Below, piece by piece: positions 16,657-27,559 of a DNA stretch of 43,117 nt. Position 1 is the first letter of the stretch. The number at the start of each line of letters is the position of its first letter. The notes under the pieces are model-generated. The model saw nothing but the letters and a program-made list of their open reading frames with translations. It did no database searches and was not told where the DNA came from. The position numbers were made by a program, and so were the translations under genes. This stretch comes from an uncultured Pseudomonadota bacterium (GTDB lineage: Bacteria; Babelota; Babeliae; Babelales; UBA12409): assembly GCA_964549515.1 (NCBI GenBank), contig CAZJVC010000001.1:10011-53127 (forward strand), given 5' to 3'.

Positions 16657-17721
16657 TCACTTTTCGGATTCACTTGCCCCACGTTGCTTTAGGGCTTTAA
16701 TAACATCTTCTTCTTTTATATTCATGCCAAATGAAAGATCTAATCCTTTCATTGCATCCTTAACTTCATTAAGCGATTTGCGCCCAAAATTCTTAATTTT
16801 TAGACCCTCATCTTCTGAAATATTCACAAGATCCAAAATTCGCTTAATGCCATGATTTTCCAAACAATTATGGGAACGTGCAGTTAATTCTAACTCATCA
16901 ATTGATTTAAGCAATAATTCAACTGGAACACCCTTCAAAACAGATTCTTCAACTTCTGTTTCTACCTCTTCTTTAATATGCGGAACTTCAGAAATTTCAT
17001 TAAATGGAATCTCTGATGCTACCAAAAAGAGTTCTAACTGTGTACGTAAAACAGAAACTGCATAGTTCAACGCATCATTCGGATTAATCGCACCATTGGT
17101 ATGAATACGCAATATCAATTTATCATAATCAATGCTTTTACCAACACGCGTCTTTTCTACATCAAAATACACACGTGAAACCGGAGAAAACATTGCATCA
17201 AGATAGATACGATTGTCTGCTTGTAACGCTGAACCCAACGGCCACTTAGCAGGCTTGTACCCACGACCTGGCTCAACAAAAAAGGTAATGTCAAAAATAC
17301 CATCTTCAGACAAATGGCCAATCACATGATCCTTGTTAACAAGCTCAAGGTGATCATCTGACTGAATATCAGCAACCGTTACCTTTTCATGCTTATCACC
17401 AGAAACCTTGAGATGCATTTTCCCAGCTTCTCCTGTTTTATTAAAAATAACGATCTGTTTAATATTCAGTAGAATCTGCATAACATCTTCAATGACACCT
17501 GGCAACGATGAAAATTCATTGTTAACGCCTTTAATAATGACTGACGTAACAGCTGAACCTTCAATAGCAGCTAGCAACGCACGACGCAAGGCATTACCAA
17601 GCGTTATGCCAAAGCCTTGCTCCATAGGTTGAGCAACTAACTCCCCATAAGTCTTACTCAAGTTTTTTTTATCCCATTGTAAGCGCGGAAGTATTAATGG
17701 TTGATACTCTTTTTTACTCAT
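16657..17721 (-). CDS. rpoA: DNA-directed RNA polymerase alpha subunit.
   Basis: An N-terminal dimerisation domain and a C-terminal domain (ELTARSHNCLENHGIKRILDLV) are both present, and it sits at the expected operon position. Confidence 0.95.
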   Translation of the reverse strand: MSKKEYQPLILPRLQWDKKNLSKTYGELVAQPMEQGFGITLGNALRRALLAAIEGSAVTSVIIKGVNNEFSSLPGVIEDVMQILLNIKQIVIFNKTGEAGKMHLKVSGDKHEKVTVADIQSDDHLELVNKDHVIGHLSEDGIFDITFFVEPGRGYKPAKWPLGSALQADNRIYLDAMFSPVSRVYFDVEKTRVGKSIDYDKLILRIHTNGAINPNDALNYAVSVLRTQLELFLVASEIPFNEISEVPHIKEEVETEVEESVLKGVPVELLLKSIDELELTARSHNCLENHGIKRILDLVNISEDEGLKIKNFGRKSLNEVKDAMKGLDLSFGMNIKEEDVIKALKQRGASESEK

Positions 17722-17784
17722 CTAAAATTCCCCTAACCCTCATTAAAATGATCATTGTCTCCTCCTCCACAAGACAGACATTCA

Positions 17785-18363
17785 TTATTTAGAATAAAGC
17801 TCTACAATAAGATGCTCTTCAATTGGAGTTTGAACATCGGAACGCACAGGAGTACGTAAAATACAGCCCTTACGATCCTTTTTACTTAACTCCAACCACT
17901 CTGGAACTTTAACGCCAATATTCAAACGCTTATCAATAACTTGTTCCAAAAATTTCTTTTTTTCTAAAACTTGTGGCTTCAAAGATATTTCTTCACCTAT
18001 TGAAACTAAGTACGATGGAGAATATACTTTTCTACCATTCACAAGTACGTGACCATGTACAATAACCTGTCGCGACTGAGTTCGTGTCGTAGCAAGTTTT
18101 AATCGGTACAACACATTGTCAAGTCTACGCTCAAGCAAACTTAAAAGATTATCACCCGGTGAACCCTCTTGACGTACAGCCTCTTTGAAAAACTTTCTGA
18201 ACTGTTTTTCACGCATGCCGTATATTCCTTTAACTTTCTGTTTTTCTAGCAACTGCTTGCCATATTCAGAAACTTTCTTAGGGCGCTTTGTGTTTTTTTT
18301 ACTTTTATCGCTTTTATCCGAAACTGCTTTACGCTTATCTACATTTACCATTGAGCCATCCAT
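17785..18363 (-). CDS. rpsD: 30S ribosomal protein S4, carrying a K-rich N-terminal extension.
   Basis: It has the S4 domain RLDNVLYRLKLATTRTQSRQVIVHGHVLVNGRKV. Confidence 0.85.
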   Translation of the reverse strand: MDGSMVNVDKRKAVSDKSDKSKKNTKRPKKVSEYGKQLLEKQKVKGIYGMREKQFRKFFKEAVRQEGSPGDNLLSLLERRLDNVLYRLKLATTRTQSRQVIVHGHVLVNGRKVYSPSYLVSIGEEISLKPQVLEKKKFLEQVIDKRLNIGVKVPEWLELSKKDRKGCILRTPVRSDVQTPIEEHLIVELYSK

Positions 18364-18372
18364 CTTATTCTG

Positions 18373-18756
18373 TTAAACACGTCTTTTCTTAGGTGGACGA
18401 GGACCATTATGAGGCAAAGGTGTAACATCACGTAATATCGTTACATTATAACCTGCTGCCTGAAAAGCACGAACAACTGATTCACGACCAGAACCAGGAC
18501 CCCGCATATTAACTTCCATCGTCTTTACCCCCATTGACTCCATATCCTTTGATAAACTGGATGCAATTTGCCCTGCTGCGTAAGGGGTACCTTTTCTTGA
18601 ACCTTTAAACCCAAGAGCTCCAGAACTCTTAGACAATAAAACATCACCACTTTCTGTGGTAATTGTTACAATCGTATTATTAAATGTTGATTGAATATGT
18701 GCTATAACAGAATCAACGCGCCTTTTTACCTTCTTTGACTTCTTCTTATATGCCAT
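18373..18756 (-). CDS. rpsK: 30S ribosomal protein S11.
   Basis: Sequence conservation and operon position. Confidence 0.9.
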   Translation of the reverse strand: MAYKKKSKKVKRRVDSVIAHIQSTFNNTIVTITTESGDVLLSKSSGALGFKGSRKGTPYAAGQIASSLSKDMESMGVKTMEVNMRGPGSGRESVVRAFQAAGYNVTILRDVTPLPHNGPRPPKKRRV

Positions 18757-18784
18757 AATGCCTCAAACCTTACTTATGATTTAC

Positions 18785-19171
18785 TTATTTTTTAGCTGGT
18801 GGTTTTTTCTTAAGCGAAACTGCAGCCTTACGTGGTCCTTTACGTGTACGAGCATTGGTTTTTGTACGTTGACCACGAACAGGAAGACCTCTTTTGTGGC
18901 GCAATCCACGATAACTACCAATTTCTTGTAAACGCTTAATATCGAGCATTACCTCTTTGCGCAACTCCCCTTCAATAGTATAGTTTGAAGAAAGTTCTTT
19001 TTGTATGGCGGAAATCTCTTTATCTGTTAAATCTTTGACACGTTTGTTAAAATCAATGCTCAACTTTGATAAAACTTGACGTGAAGAATTTAACCCAACT
19101 CCATAAAGATAAGTTAACCCATATTCCAAACGCTTGTTGTGAGGTAATAAAACTCCCTCAATTCTTGCCAT
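18785..19171 (-). CDS. rpsM: 30S ribosomal protein S13.
   Basis: Sequence conservation and operon position. Confidence 0.9.
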   Translation of the reverse strand: MARIEGVLLPHNKRLEYGLTYLYGVGLNSSRQVLSKLSIDFNKRVKDLTDKEISAIQKELSSNYTIEGELRKEVMLDIKRLQEIGSYRGLRHKRGLPVRGQRTKTNARTRKGPRKAAVSLKKKPPAKK

Positions 19172-19203
19172 AAAATTCCTCTATATCAATTATGATCAAT
19201 CTT

Positions 19204-19320
19204 TTAACCTTGGCGCTGCTTATGTCGAGGGTTCTTTGAACAAATAATGCGTACAATTCCCTTACGGCGAATAACACGACACCCATCACATATTCTTTTT
19301 ACTGATGTTCTTACTTTCAT
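19204..19320 (-). CDS. rpmJ: 50S ribosomal protein L36 (38 aa). It is absent from the supplied ORF track because it is shorter than 60 aa.
   Basis: Manual minus-strand translation gives [38 protein letters not shown], with the canonical C..C...C...H zinc ribbon. It lies between infA and rpsM. Confidence 0.85.
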   Translation of the reverse strand: MKVRTSVKRICDGCRVIRRKGIVRIICSKNPRHKQRQG

Positions 19321-19325
19321 TGCGA

Positions 19326-19547
19326 TTATCCTTTAAATCTTCTAGTTATTCTACCACGCTTCAAATCATACGGTGACAACTCTAAAATAACCTTATCACC
19401 TGGCAAAATCCTGATATAATGCATACGCATCTTTCCAGAAACATGCCCTAACACTTCATGACCACCTTCAATTTCAACCTTAAACATCGCATTTGGTAAC
19501 GTATCTGTTACAACACCTTCAACGCGAATAACTTCTTCTTTTTTCAT
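19326..19547 (-). CDS. infA: Translation initiation factor IF-1.
   Basis: A 73-aa S1-like OB fold that is highly conserved. Confidence 0.95.
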   Translation of the reverse strand: MKKEEVIRVEGVVTDTLPNAMFKVEIEGGHEVLGHVSGKMRMHYIRILPGDKVILELSPYDLKRGRITRRFKG

Positions 19548-19548
19548 C

Positions 19549-20310
19549 CTAACTCCCCTCCAACCTCGTTAAAACCTCCGGCTCACCTTGCGTAATCAAC
19601 ACCGTATCCTCCACATGGGCTGCCAAACTTCTATCTCTTGTCTTTACTGTCCACCCATCATGAGCAATATAAACGTGATAACCACCCTCGGTAATCATCG
19701 GCTCAATAGCCAATGTCATTCCAGCCTTCAAAATAGGGCCTTTTCCGGCCTTACCAAAATTAGGAACTTCCGGCTCTTCGTGCATCTTTTTTCCAATACC
19801 ATGACCTGCAAAATCCCTCACAACACCAAACCCATTCCGCTCAACTTCACGCTGAACAGCGGCTGAAATATCAGAAAGTCGCCTTCCTTCACGCGCCTCA
19901 GCAATACCGGCGTCAAGCGCGTTGTATGCAATATTCACAAGTTTTTGAGCTTTTTTGCTTGGCGTACCTATGAAAAAAACACGTGTCATATCAGCACAAT
20001 AGCCATTAAAAGAGGAACAAACGTCGACCTTAATAAGATCTCCTAACTTAAAAACCTTATCTGAACTTGGCACACCATGCACAACTTCATCACTAAAAGA
20101 AATACAACTTACATGCTTATACCCCATGAAGCCCTTGACCTCGCTCTTCATTTCTTTATGCAAAAAGGCCTCCTCAATAGCCGCATCAACAGCCGCACTT
20201 GTAATGCCATCCTTCATCATAGGCGCCACAACACTATCAAAAATATTTGCCAAAAGTTTACCACTCTGACGCATCACATCAATTGCCACTTTATCTTTGA
20301 TAACTATCAT
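19549..20310 (-). CDS. map: Type I methionine aminopeptidase.
   Basis: Metal-ligand motifs are present (D...D...H...E...E pattern, FAGHGIG). Confidence 0.9.
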   Translation of the reverse strand: MIVIKDKVAIDVMRQSGKLLANIFDSVVAPMMKDGITSAAVDAAIEEAFLHKEMKSEVKGFMGYKHVSCISFSDEVVHGVPSSDKVFKLGDLIKVDVCSSFNGYCADMTRVFFIGTPSKKAQKLVNIAYNALDAGIAEAREGRRLSDISAAVQREVERNGFGVVRDFAGHGIGKKMHEEPEVPNFGKAGKGPILKAGMTLAIEPMITEGGYHVYIAHDGWTVKTRDRSLAAHVEDTVLITQGEPEVLTRLEGS

Positions 20311-20996
20311 GAAAAACCGCCTACCTTGCTCTTAAATTCTTCAAAAATCACATCTATTGGCTGAAAAGCATCAAGCGTAATCACGCGATAGCCCTTTTTA
20401 TCATAAAAGTCGAGTAAGACCGATTCATGACGACTATACACATGCAAACGCTTCTTTATTGCATCAACCTCATCATCACTACGACGTATCAGCGGAGCTG
20501 AACAGATATCACATATCGCTTCAAATTGAGGACGACATTGTGAACCTGAAGCCAAAGAATATACCGCTTGACACTCTTCTTTTGAGCAAATCAGTCTCAT
20601 GCTTAAACGGTCAATCACCGATTGTTCATCAATCTTCAACTTAACAACCAATGGTCCACCACCCTCTTGTTGCTGAACGAACTGATTAAAGGCTTCTGCT
20701 TGAATCACGGTACGAGGATAACCATCTAAAATAATATGGTCACGCTTAGAACCAGCCTTCCCAAGCCAATCAATAACCATCGTTGTAATAAGGCTATCAT
20801 CTATTAGTTTACCAGATTTCAAGGCTAAATCTATCTTTTTCCCTACCTCAGATCCATGTGCCACATGCTCACGTAATAGGTTTCCCGTAGACAATTGTTC
20901 AAACCTTAAGCGCTCAGTACATTGCTTCGACAATGTACCCTTGCCTGACCCTGGAGCACCAAAAAAAAGATATAAACTTCTTGGATCCATACTCAC
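20307..20996 (-). CDS. adk: Adenylate kinase with a Cys4 zinc lid.
   Basis: It has a GAPGSGKGT P-loop and a lid with CSKEEC...CDIC. Confidence 0.9.
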   Translation of the reverse strand: MSMDPRSLYLFFGAPGSGKGTLSKQCTERLRFEQLSTGNLLREHVAHGSEVGKKIDLALKSGKLIDDSLITTMVIDWLGKAGSKRDHIILDGYPRTVIQAEAFNQFVQQQEGGGPLVVKLKIDEQSVIDRLSMRLICSKEECQAVYSLASGSQCRPQFEAICDICSAPLIRRSDDEVDAIKKRLHVYSRHESVLLDFYDKKGYRVITLDAFQPIDVIFEEFKSKVGGFS

Positions 20997-22306
20997 CTGA
21001 ACGTCCCACTCTTCATTTTGCCTGAAGATAAAAATCCTTCATAGCGATGTTCAATTAAATATGATTCCATTTGAGCTAAAATTTCCAATGAAACACCAAC
21101 AGCAATTAATATCGAAATACCATTATCCAAAAATGGCACATCAAACATACTGCGAACAATATTTGGCAAAATAGCCAGAACACCCAAGTAAAGTGCACCA
21201 ACTAAACCTATACGATTTAAAATATAGTCGAAAAATTGTGCCGTTTTCTTTCCCGGACGAATACCAGGAATAAATCCACCATTCTTTTTAATATTTTCCG
21301 CCAATTCATCAGGATTAAACACCAAGGCCGTATACAAAAACGTAAAGAAAATAATCAAAAGAAATTGAACGGAGTTAATTAAAACCATATTTGTGTTAAG
21401 CGCATCACGCAAAAATTGCATTGACTCAAAGCGAGATGCCAAAAAATTAGAAATAAGCAATGGCCACTGAAGTGCTGCTCCGGCAAAAATTACTGGCATG
21501 ACGCCAACCGGATTAATCTTGAACGGAATGTACGAACTCTGACCACCATATACGCGATTGCCAACAACGCGACGCGCATATTGTACAGGAATCTTCCGCT
21601 CGCCCTTTTCCAGATATACAATACAACCAACAAGAATAATAAAAAATGCCACAACTAATGCAACACTAATAATATCCGTTGTACCAAGTCTCACATATTG
21701 TATAGTCTGATTTGTTAACTCAGGCATACGGGCAACAATACCTGCAAAAATAATTATCGAAGCACCATTTCCAATACCAAACAATGATATCTGCTCACCC
21801 ATCCACATAACAAACATTGCACCAGCTGTCATCGAAATAACAAACATGAACTTAAAGGCAAGACCTGGTGTCAACACAAGCCCTTGTGCCTCAAGTGCAG
21901 CAATGTATCCCACACTAGTAACAATTGCCAATCCAAGCGTTAAATAACGCGTATATTGATTGATAACCTGCCGTCCATATTCACCCTCTTTTTGCAGCTG
22001 TTCAAGAGCTGGAATCGCCATCGTCAACATCTGCATAGCAATAGAAGCGGTAATATAAGGTTGGATACCTAATGTAAAAATCGAGCAACGACCAAACGCT
22101 GATCCAGAGACCGTATCAAGAAAGTTAAATAAATAGCCAAGACCCGCTGCCTGTTTCAACTGCTCGGAAAGCAACGCAATGTTAACACCAACAATCGGTA
22201 TAATGTACCCCAAACGATAAACAACAAGTGTTCCAAGGGTAAAAAATAACCGTTTTCTGAGCTCCGAAACCCGAAAAATATTGGTGAAACTTTTAAGCAA
22301 TACCAC
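20993..22306 (-). CDS. secY: Preprotein translocase SecY.
   Basis: It has ten TM helices and conserved SecY motifs, and sits at the expected operon position. Confidence 0.95.
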   Translation of the reverse strand: MVLLKSFTNIFRVSELRKRLFFTLGTLVVYRLGYIIPIVGVNIALLSEQLKQAAGLGYLFNFLDTVSGSAFGRCSIFTLGIQPYITASIAMQMLTMAIPALEQLQKEGEYGRQVINQYTRYLTLGLAIVTSVGYIAALEAQGLVLTPGLAFKFMFVISMTAGAMFVMWMGEQISLFGIGNGASIIIFAGIVARMPELTNQTIQYVRLGTTDIISVALVVAFFIILVGCIVYLEKGERKIPVQYARRVVGNRVYGGQSSYIPFKINPVGVMPVIFAGAALQWPLLISNFLASRFESMQFLRDALNTNMVLINSVQFLLIIFFTFLYTALVFNPDELAENIKKNGGFIPGIRPGKKTAQFFDYILNRIGLVGALYLGVLAILPNIVRSMFDVPFLDNGISILIAVGVSLEILAQMESYLIEHRYEGFLSSGKMKSGTFR

Positions 22307-22310
22307 AATC

Positions 22311-22751
22311 TTATCCTTCTATTACGAGCGCCTCACCACCAACTTTTTCCAAAGCTTCTTGCGCTGACTTACTAAAAGCATGTGCTTCAATAACAAATTT
22401 CTTTTTTAATTCATAACCACCAAGAACTTTAAGACGACGAGTTTTCTTTCTAACAAGCCCCTGCTCAATTAAAGCATCTTTGGTTATTTTTGCACCTTCA
22501 TCAAAGCGCTGGTCTAATGTTTCAAGTGAAATCACGCTTGTTTCGACTGCAAAACGAGTATTATTAAAGCCTCGACGCGGTAAACGACGTGACAAAGGCA
22601 TCTGTCCGCCTTCAAAGCCACGTCTCACGCCACCACCTGATCTAGCGTTTTGACCTTTATGTCCACGACCAGATGTTCCGCCACGCTCGCCGCCTCTTCC
22701 TACGCGTTTGCGCCTTTTACTAACTTTAGATAAATCACTGAGCTTGAACAT
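22311..22751 (-). CDS. rplO: 50S ribosomal protein L15.
   Basis: Sequence conservation. Confidence 0.9.
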   Translation of the reverse strand: MFKLSDLSKVSKRRKRVGRGGERGGTSGRGHKGQNARSGGGVRRGFEGGQMPLSRRLPRRGFNNTRFAVETSVISLETLDQRFDEGAKITKDALIEQGLVRKKTRRLKVLGGYELKKKFVIEAHAFSKSAQEALEKVGGEALVIEG

Positions 22752-23238
22752 GTGCGCCCTTTACAATTTCTTCAATTGTTTTACCACGAAGCCGTGCAAA
22801 ATCTTCGATTCTGCGCAATTTTGCTAGCGCATTCATCGTTGCTTTTACCACGTTACGTTGATTTGCCGATCCTAATGATTTTGCCAATACATCTTGCACG
22901 CCAAGAACGTCCATAACTGCACGAACAGCACCACCAGCAATAACACCGGTACCTTTATATGCTGAACGAAGAATTACATGCGCAGATCCATGGCGACCCT
23001 CTACTGGATAAGGAAGTGTTCGACCACGCAATGAAATATTGACAAGATCTTTGCGTGCACGCGCGGTAGCTTTAGCAATAGCAGAAGAAACATCCTTACT
23101 CTTACCTAAAGCAAACCCAACTTTACCTTCCTTGTTACCAGAGACTACAAATGCTGAAAATGAGAACCGCTTGCCACCTTTTGTTACCTTGGTAACGCGA
23201 TTTACATTCACGACAACGTCTAAAAAATTTCCTTCCAT
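22735..23238 (-). CDS. rpsE: 30S ribosomal protein S5.
   Basis: Sequence conservation. Confidence 0.9.
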   Translation of the reverse strand: MEGNFLDVVVNVNRVTKVTKGGKRFSFSAFVVSGNKEGKVGFALGKSKDVSSAIAKATARARKDLVNISLRGRTLPYPVEGRHGSAHVILRSAYKGTGVIAGGAVRAVMDVLGVQDVLAKSLGSANQRNVVKATMNALAKLRRIEDFARLRGKTIEEIVKGAHVQAQ

Positions 23239-23259
23239 AACTTCACAATCCCAATGTTA

Positions 23260-23616
23260 TTAAAACTTTAAGCCGCCTTCACGAACACCATCAGCAAATT
23301 CTTTAAGTCGCCCATGATATAAAAATCTTCCACGATCGAAAACAATTTTATCAATCTTGTTTTCTTGTGCACGCTTAGCAAGCTCTAAACCTACTAACCT
23401 TGCTTGCGCTTTTTTGTCACCCGCTAAATCTTTAAGCTCAACGGTTGAACATGCACACAATGTTTTCCCACTTTTATCTTCAATAACCTGTGCATAAAAA
23501 TGCTTCAAGCTACGAAAAACTGATAAACGTGGACGTGTGGCATTCTTGCGAATCTTTGCATGCACACGTAACGCACGACGTGTTTTTTGTTTTTCTTTTT
23601 TTCGTATTAAACTCAT
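23260..23616 (-). CDS. rplR: 50S ribosomal protein L18.
   Basis: Sequence conservation. Confidence 0.9.
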   Translation of the reverse strand: MSLIRKKEKQKTRRALRVHAKIRKNATRPRLSVFRSLKHFYAQVIEDKSGKTLCACSTVELKDLAGDKKAQARLVGLELAKRAQENKIDKIVFDRGRFLYHGRLKEFADGVREGGLKF

Positions 23617-23628
23617 TTTACGCCCTTA

Positions 23629-24171
23629 TTATTCAGATCCCTTTGTTTTACCAGCTTTCCTTCTAACAACCTCTTGCGCCAATCTAATACCAGTTCCCTT
23701 GTATGGCTCTGGTGGTCGAAATGATCGAACCAACGCGCAAACATGACCTAACTTTTCTTTGTCATATGAGGAAAATGCTAGTTTTTGGCCAGTCTTATCA
23801 ATTGTTAATTTAATATCTTTTGGTAAATCCAAGGTAATCTTATGGCTATACCCTAATGAAAAGGTAATTTTGTTACCACTCAACTGCCCTTTATAACCCA
23901 AGCCTTTAATTTCAACCAGTTGCTCAAAATCCTTTTGTGCTCCAAGCAACGCGTTCGCAATAAGCGCACGATGCATACCCCACATATTATTCTGATTTTT
24001 TTCGCCCTCTTTTGGCAAGATGGACAAATTATCATCTTCAACTTTTGCCATTAAAAAGGCAGGCAAGACATATACACCAGATTGATTTTTTCCTTTATAA
24101 TGAACATCTTGACCCTTAATATCAATCTGAACGCCATCTAGCTTTATAGGTCTTCTTCCAATCTTTGACAT
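23629..24171 (-). CDS. rplF: 50S ribosomal protein L6.
   Basis: Sequence conservation. Confidence 0.9.
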   Translation of the reverse strand: MSKIGRRPIKLDGVQIDIKGQDVHYKGKNQSGVYVLPAFLMAKVEDDNLSILPKEGEKNQNNMWGMHRALIANALLGAQKDFEQLVEIKGLGYKGQLSGNKITFSLGYSHKITLDLPKDIKLTIDKTGQKLAFSSYDKEKLGHVCALVRSFRPPEPYKGTGIRLAQEVVRRKAGKTKGSE

Positions 24172-24186
24172 GCTGTATTCCCCTTT

Positions 24187-24579
24187 CTACCAGACGGTAC
24201 AAACTACTTCGCCACCAACAGCCAGCTGTTTTGCTTGTTTGTCGGTCATGAAACCTTTACTTGTGGTCAAAATTGAAACACCCAAACCACCAATAACAGG
24301 CTTCAACTCAGTAAAACTCTTGTATTGACGAAGTCCAGGTTTACTTATACGCTTCAACGCATGAATAACCGATTCCCCATCAACATACTTAAGGTCAACC
24401 CTAAGCTTTTTCTTATTGTCCTCTTCAACTACCTGTATTCCTTTGACGAAACCTTCTTGTTCTAAGATTTTAGCTACATCAAATTTTACACTAGAAAATG
24501 GCGCAAGCACAAATGGCTTGGAACGCATAATACCATTTCTAATTATAGTCAAAAAATCGCCTATAGAATCTTGTGACAT
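24187..24579 (-). CDS. rpsH: 30S ribosomal protein S8.
   Basis: The start is placed at the MSQDSIGDFLTIIRNG Met, which is the canonical S8 N-terminus. The longer ORF-track start would overlap rpsN. Confidence 0.9.
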   Translation of the reverse strand: MSQDSIGDFLTIIRNGIMRSKPFVLAPFSSVKFDVAKILEQEGFVKGIQVVEEDNKKKLRVDLKYVDGESVIHALKRISKPGLRQYKSFTELKPVIGGLGVSILTTSKGFMTDKQAKQLAVGGEVVCTVW

Positions 24580-24587
24580 ATATTTTC

Positions 24588-24770
24588 CTACCAAACCGCT
24601 TTCTTTACACCGGGCAGTTTCCCTTCAGAGGCAAGCTTTCTAAAACAAATTCTGCAAAGTTTGAAAAAGCCCATATATCCTCGGGAACGACCACACAACT
24701 GACACCTGTTACGATAACGAACAGGATATTTTACATCTTTTAATTTTTCTATTAATGCTTTTCTTGCCAT
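24588..24770 (-). CDS. rpsN: 30S ribosomal protein S14 type Z (zinc-binding, 60 aa).
   Basis: It has the C..C...C..C motif. Confidence 0.9.
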   Translation of the reverse strand: MARKALIEKLKDVKYPVRYRNRCQLCGRSRGYMGFFKLCRICFRKLASEGKLPGVKKAVW

Positions 24771-24777
24771 AAATTCC

Positions 24778-25332
24778 TCAATCTATGTTATTTCGCTTAA
24801 ATGGCATACCAAAGGCTTTCAACAATGCACGCGCATGTTCATCACTTGATGTAGATGTGTGCATAGTAATATTCAAACCCTGGGAACGATCAGTTACATT
24901 GTAATCAACTTCAGGAAAAATAACCCAATCTTTTACGCCAAGATTGTAGTTTCCACGACTATCAAGCTTGTCACTAACCCCCCGAAAGTCTCTTACTACT
25001 GGCAATGCCAAGTTAATAAGACGATCAAGAAATTCGTACATCAACTGCTTACGCAATGTAACCTTGATGCCAATAGGCATACCTTCACGAATCTTAAATC
25101 CCGCGAGAGACTTGCGCGCCTTGGTTTGAACCGGCCTTTGACCAACTACTATAGCAAGAACATCAACAATTGCTTGTATTTTCTTACTCTCACCAACGAC
25201 ATCTTTCAATCCAATGTTAAGCACGATTTTTTCCAAACGTGGCACTTCCATTGGATTACTTAAAGCCAAGTCTTTTTGCAATTCAGGTTTTATGTTTGCT
25301 TCGTAAAACTCTTGCAAACGGGCCTTACTCAT
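24778..25332 (-). CDS. rplE: 50S ribosomal protein L5.
   Basis: Sequence conservation. Confidence 0.9.
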   Translation of the reverse strand: MSKARLQEFYEANIKPELQKDLALSNPMEVPRLEKIVLNIGLKDVVGESKKIQAIVDVLAIVVGQRPVQTKARKSLAGFKIREGMPIGIKVTLRKQLMYEFLDRLINLALPVVRDFRGVSDKLDSRGNYNLGVKDWVIFPEVDYNVTDRSQGLNITMHTSTSSDEHARALLKAFGMPFKRNNID

Positions 25333-25601
25333 TCTTGATCCTTACTCTTTTTACTCGTTGTGCGCTCTTTTTTACTCTTATCCACAAGCGATATATTTGA
25401 AATATCAATAAATGCCTCTTGTTGAATACGACCACTTTTTTGGCCCTGTGCACGCGCCTTCACATGGCGGGTAACAATGTGTACCCCCTCTACCTTTACT
25501 TTACCTTTTTTTGGTAAAATTTCAATAACTTTACCTTTTTTCCCTTTGTCAGATCCTGTGATAACTTTAACGTTATCACCTTTTTTTATTCTAAATTTCA
25601 T
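25329..25601 (-). CDS. rplX: 50S ribosomal protein L24.
   Basis: It has the KOW motif IKKGDNVKVITGSDKGKKGKV, and the start is placed at MKFRIKKGD. Confidence 0.9.
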   Translation of the reverse strand: MKFRIKKGDNVKVITGSDKGKKGKVIEILPKKGKVKVEGVHIVTRHVKARAQGQKSGRIQQEAFIDISNISLVDKSKKERTTSKKSKDQE

Positions 25602-25614
25602 ATTCAACAACCCC

Positions 25615-25977
25615 TTAGAGTACCTCTGGTGCTAATGAAATAATCTTTGGAAACTTAGCGCGTATTTCACGTGCTATTGGACCAAAGATTCGAGTCGCAA
25701 TGGGATTCTTATCTTTGATAATAACCGCTGCGTTATCACCAAAACGAATATAAGAACCATCGTCCCGACGTATTTCTTTTCTAGTCCGTACGATAACCGC
25801 GTCAACAACGTCACCCTTTTTAACCTGTGCACCAGGAATCGCTTCCTTAACTGCACATTTCACCAAGTCCCCAATATAGGCAAACCTGTGACGCGTACCC
25901 CCTTTTACTTCAATAACCTGCATCAATTTTGCACCTGAGTTATCAGCAACTTCTAAATACGTCTGCTTTTGTACCAT
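25615..25977 (-). CDS. rplN: 50S ribosomal protein L14.
   Basis: It has [17 protein letters not shown]. Confidence 0.95.
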   Translation of the reverse strand: MVQKQTYLEVADNSGAKLMQVIEVKGGTRHRFAYIGDLVKCAVKEAIPGAQVKKGDVVDAVIVRTRKEIRRDDGSYIRFGDNAAVIIKDKNPIATRIFGPIAREIRAKFPKIISLAPEVL

Positions 25978-26297
25978 CAGACTTTCCCGCCATCTTGAGA
26001 AGCTGAAACAACACGGTGCAAGCTCATGTACTTTGTTTTTGACAATGGACGAACTTGATAAAATTCTACAACATCACCCATCGCTGCAACACCTTCTTCA
26101 TCATGAACTTTGTATTTCTTCGAACGCTTCATGACCTTTTGTAACTTTGGATGAACATATGTTTGTTCAAAAAGAACTACAACAGTCTTATCCATCTTAT
26201 CTGAAACAACCTGTCCTTTATAAATCTTTTTCTTTTTATTCTCTTTTGACGACACCATTTTCAACCTCTTACTTCGCCTGTTCTTGTTGTTTTTCAT
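25977..26297 (-). CDS. rpsQ: 30S ribosomal protein S17, with a K/R-rich N-terminal extension or an internal start.
   Basis: It has [14 protein letters not shown], and an OB fold is conserved at the C-terminus. Confidence 0.85.
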   Translation of the reverse strand: MKNNKNRRSKRLKMVSSKENKKKKIYKGQVVSDKMDKTVVVLFEQTYVHPKLQKVMKRSKKYKVHDEEGVAAMGDVVEFYQVRPLSKTKYMSLHRVVSASQDGGKV

Positions 26298-26481
26298 GCA
26301 AGAACGTCAATGCTGCGGCGATATTTTTACGCAATTTTCTAAACTGCGAGTTATCTTTTGGAGGAGACGAAATAACAGCCAACCTTAGGCTAAAGAGCTC
26401 TCGTCTCAACTTTTCTACTTCTTCAATTAACTCTTTTGCATCAAGCTGTCTAAGCTTATCCCTTACCTTATCCATTGTCAT
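26269..26481 (-). CDS. rpmC: 50S ribosomal protein L29.
   Basis: It has [20 protein letters not shown]. An internal Met was chosen as the start because the longer ORF overlaps rplP. Confidence 0.8.
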   Translation of the reverse strand: MTMDKVRDKLRQLDAKELIEEVEKLRRELFSLRLAVISSPPKDNSQFRKLRKNIAAALTFLHEKQQEQAK

Positions 26482-26893
26482 TATTCTCAGTTTTCTTAAC
26501 AAATCTTGTCTTCATAGGTAAACGATACCCTGCCATCTTAAGAGTTTCTTTGGCTTCACTTTCCGTCAAACCTTTAACCTCTACAATCACACGTTCACGC
26601 TTGACAACAAAAACCCAAAACTCTGGATTTCCCTTACCTTTACCCATACGTGTTTCAGCAGGCTTTTTGGAGATTGGCTTATCAGGAAAGACGCGCAAAA
26701 ATTGTTTGCCAACTTTCTTTAATCTTCTGCTGATGGTAACACGCATCGCTTCAATCTGTTGCGCCGTTAACCATCCTGGCTCTACTGCCTGCAAGCCATA
26801 TTCACCAAAAGCAACTGTACGGGCCCCTTTTGAACGACCTTTCATCGTACCGCGCTGAACTTTTCTAAATTTTACTTTTTTTGGCATCAACAT
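26468..26893 (-). CDS. rplP: 50S ribosomal protein L16.
   Basis: It has [15 protein letters not shown]. Confidence 0.95.
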   Translation of the reverse strand: MLMPKKVKFRKVQRGTMKGRSKGARTVAFGEYGLQAVEPGWLTAQQIEAMRVTISRRLKKVGKQFLRVFPDKPISKKPAETRMGKGKGNPEFWVFVVKRERVIVEVKGLTESEAKETLKMAGYRLPMKTRFVKKTENNDNG

Positions 26894-26902
26894 AGCTTGT
26901 TC

Positions 26903-27544
26903 CTAATTATTTTTCTGAAGCTTGTAATCACCCTTACAAATCCACACCTTCACGCCAATTTTTCCGTATGTGGTTTGTGATTCTGCCAAATCATAATCAA
27001 TGTCTGAACGCAGAGTATGCAAGGGAACCGATCCCATGCGAACCCATTCTGTTCTCGCAATTTCTGCACCCATAAGACGTCCCGCACAACATATCTTGAT
27101 ACCGCGAGCGCCACTTTTCATTGCTGTCATAGCAGCACGCTTCATAGCACGCTTATAACTAACACGCCTTGAAAGTTGATCGGCAATATTACGAGCAACT
27201 AAAGCCGCATCAAGCTCTGGTTGACGAATTTCCTGAACTGAAATTTCAACACTTGTCACACCAATCAAAGATGCTAGATTTTTTCTCAGCGAATCAATCT
27301 CCTGGCCCCTTTTCCCAATGACCATTCCTGGCCTACCAGAATGAATAATAATTTTTACATTTTCACCGGCACGCTCAACTTCAACACGAGAAACTTCCGC
27401 TCTCTCTAAGTTATCATCAACAAACTTACGGATCTTTACATCCTGAAGAAGCGTATCGCCATAATCTTTTTCCTTAAACCATCGAGAACTCCACCCTCGA
27501 TAGATACCAAGTCGAAATGAAATAGGATTGACTTTCTGTCCCAC
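26903..27544 (-). CDS. rpsC: 30S ribosomal protein S3.
   Basis: It has a KH domain and the S3 C-terminal domain. Confidence 0.95.
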   Translation of the reverse strand: MGQKVNPISFRLGIYRGWSSRWFKEKDYGDTLLQDVKIRKFVDDNLERAEVSRVEVERAGENVKIIIHSGRPGMVIGKRGQEIDSLRKNLASLIGVTSVEISVQEIRQPELDAALVARNIADQLSRRVSYKRAMKRAAMTAMKSGARGIKICCAGRLMGAEIARTEWVRMGSVPLHTLRSDIDYDLAESQTTYGKIGVKVWICKGDYKLQKNN

Positions 27545-27559
27545 ACTAAACCTCTTAAT

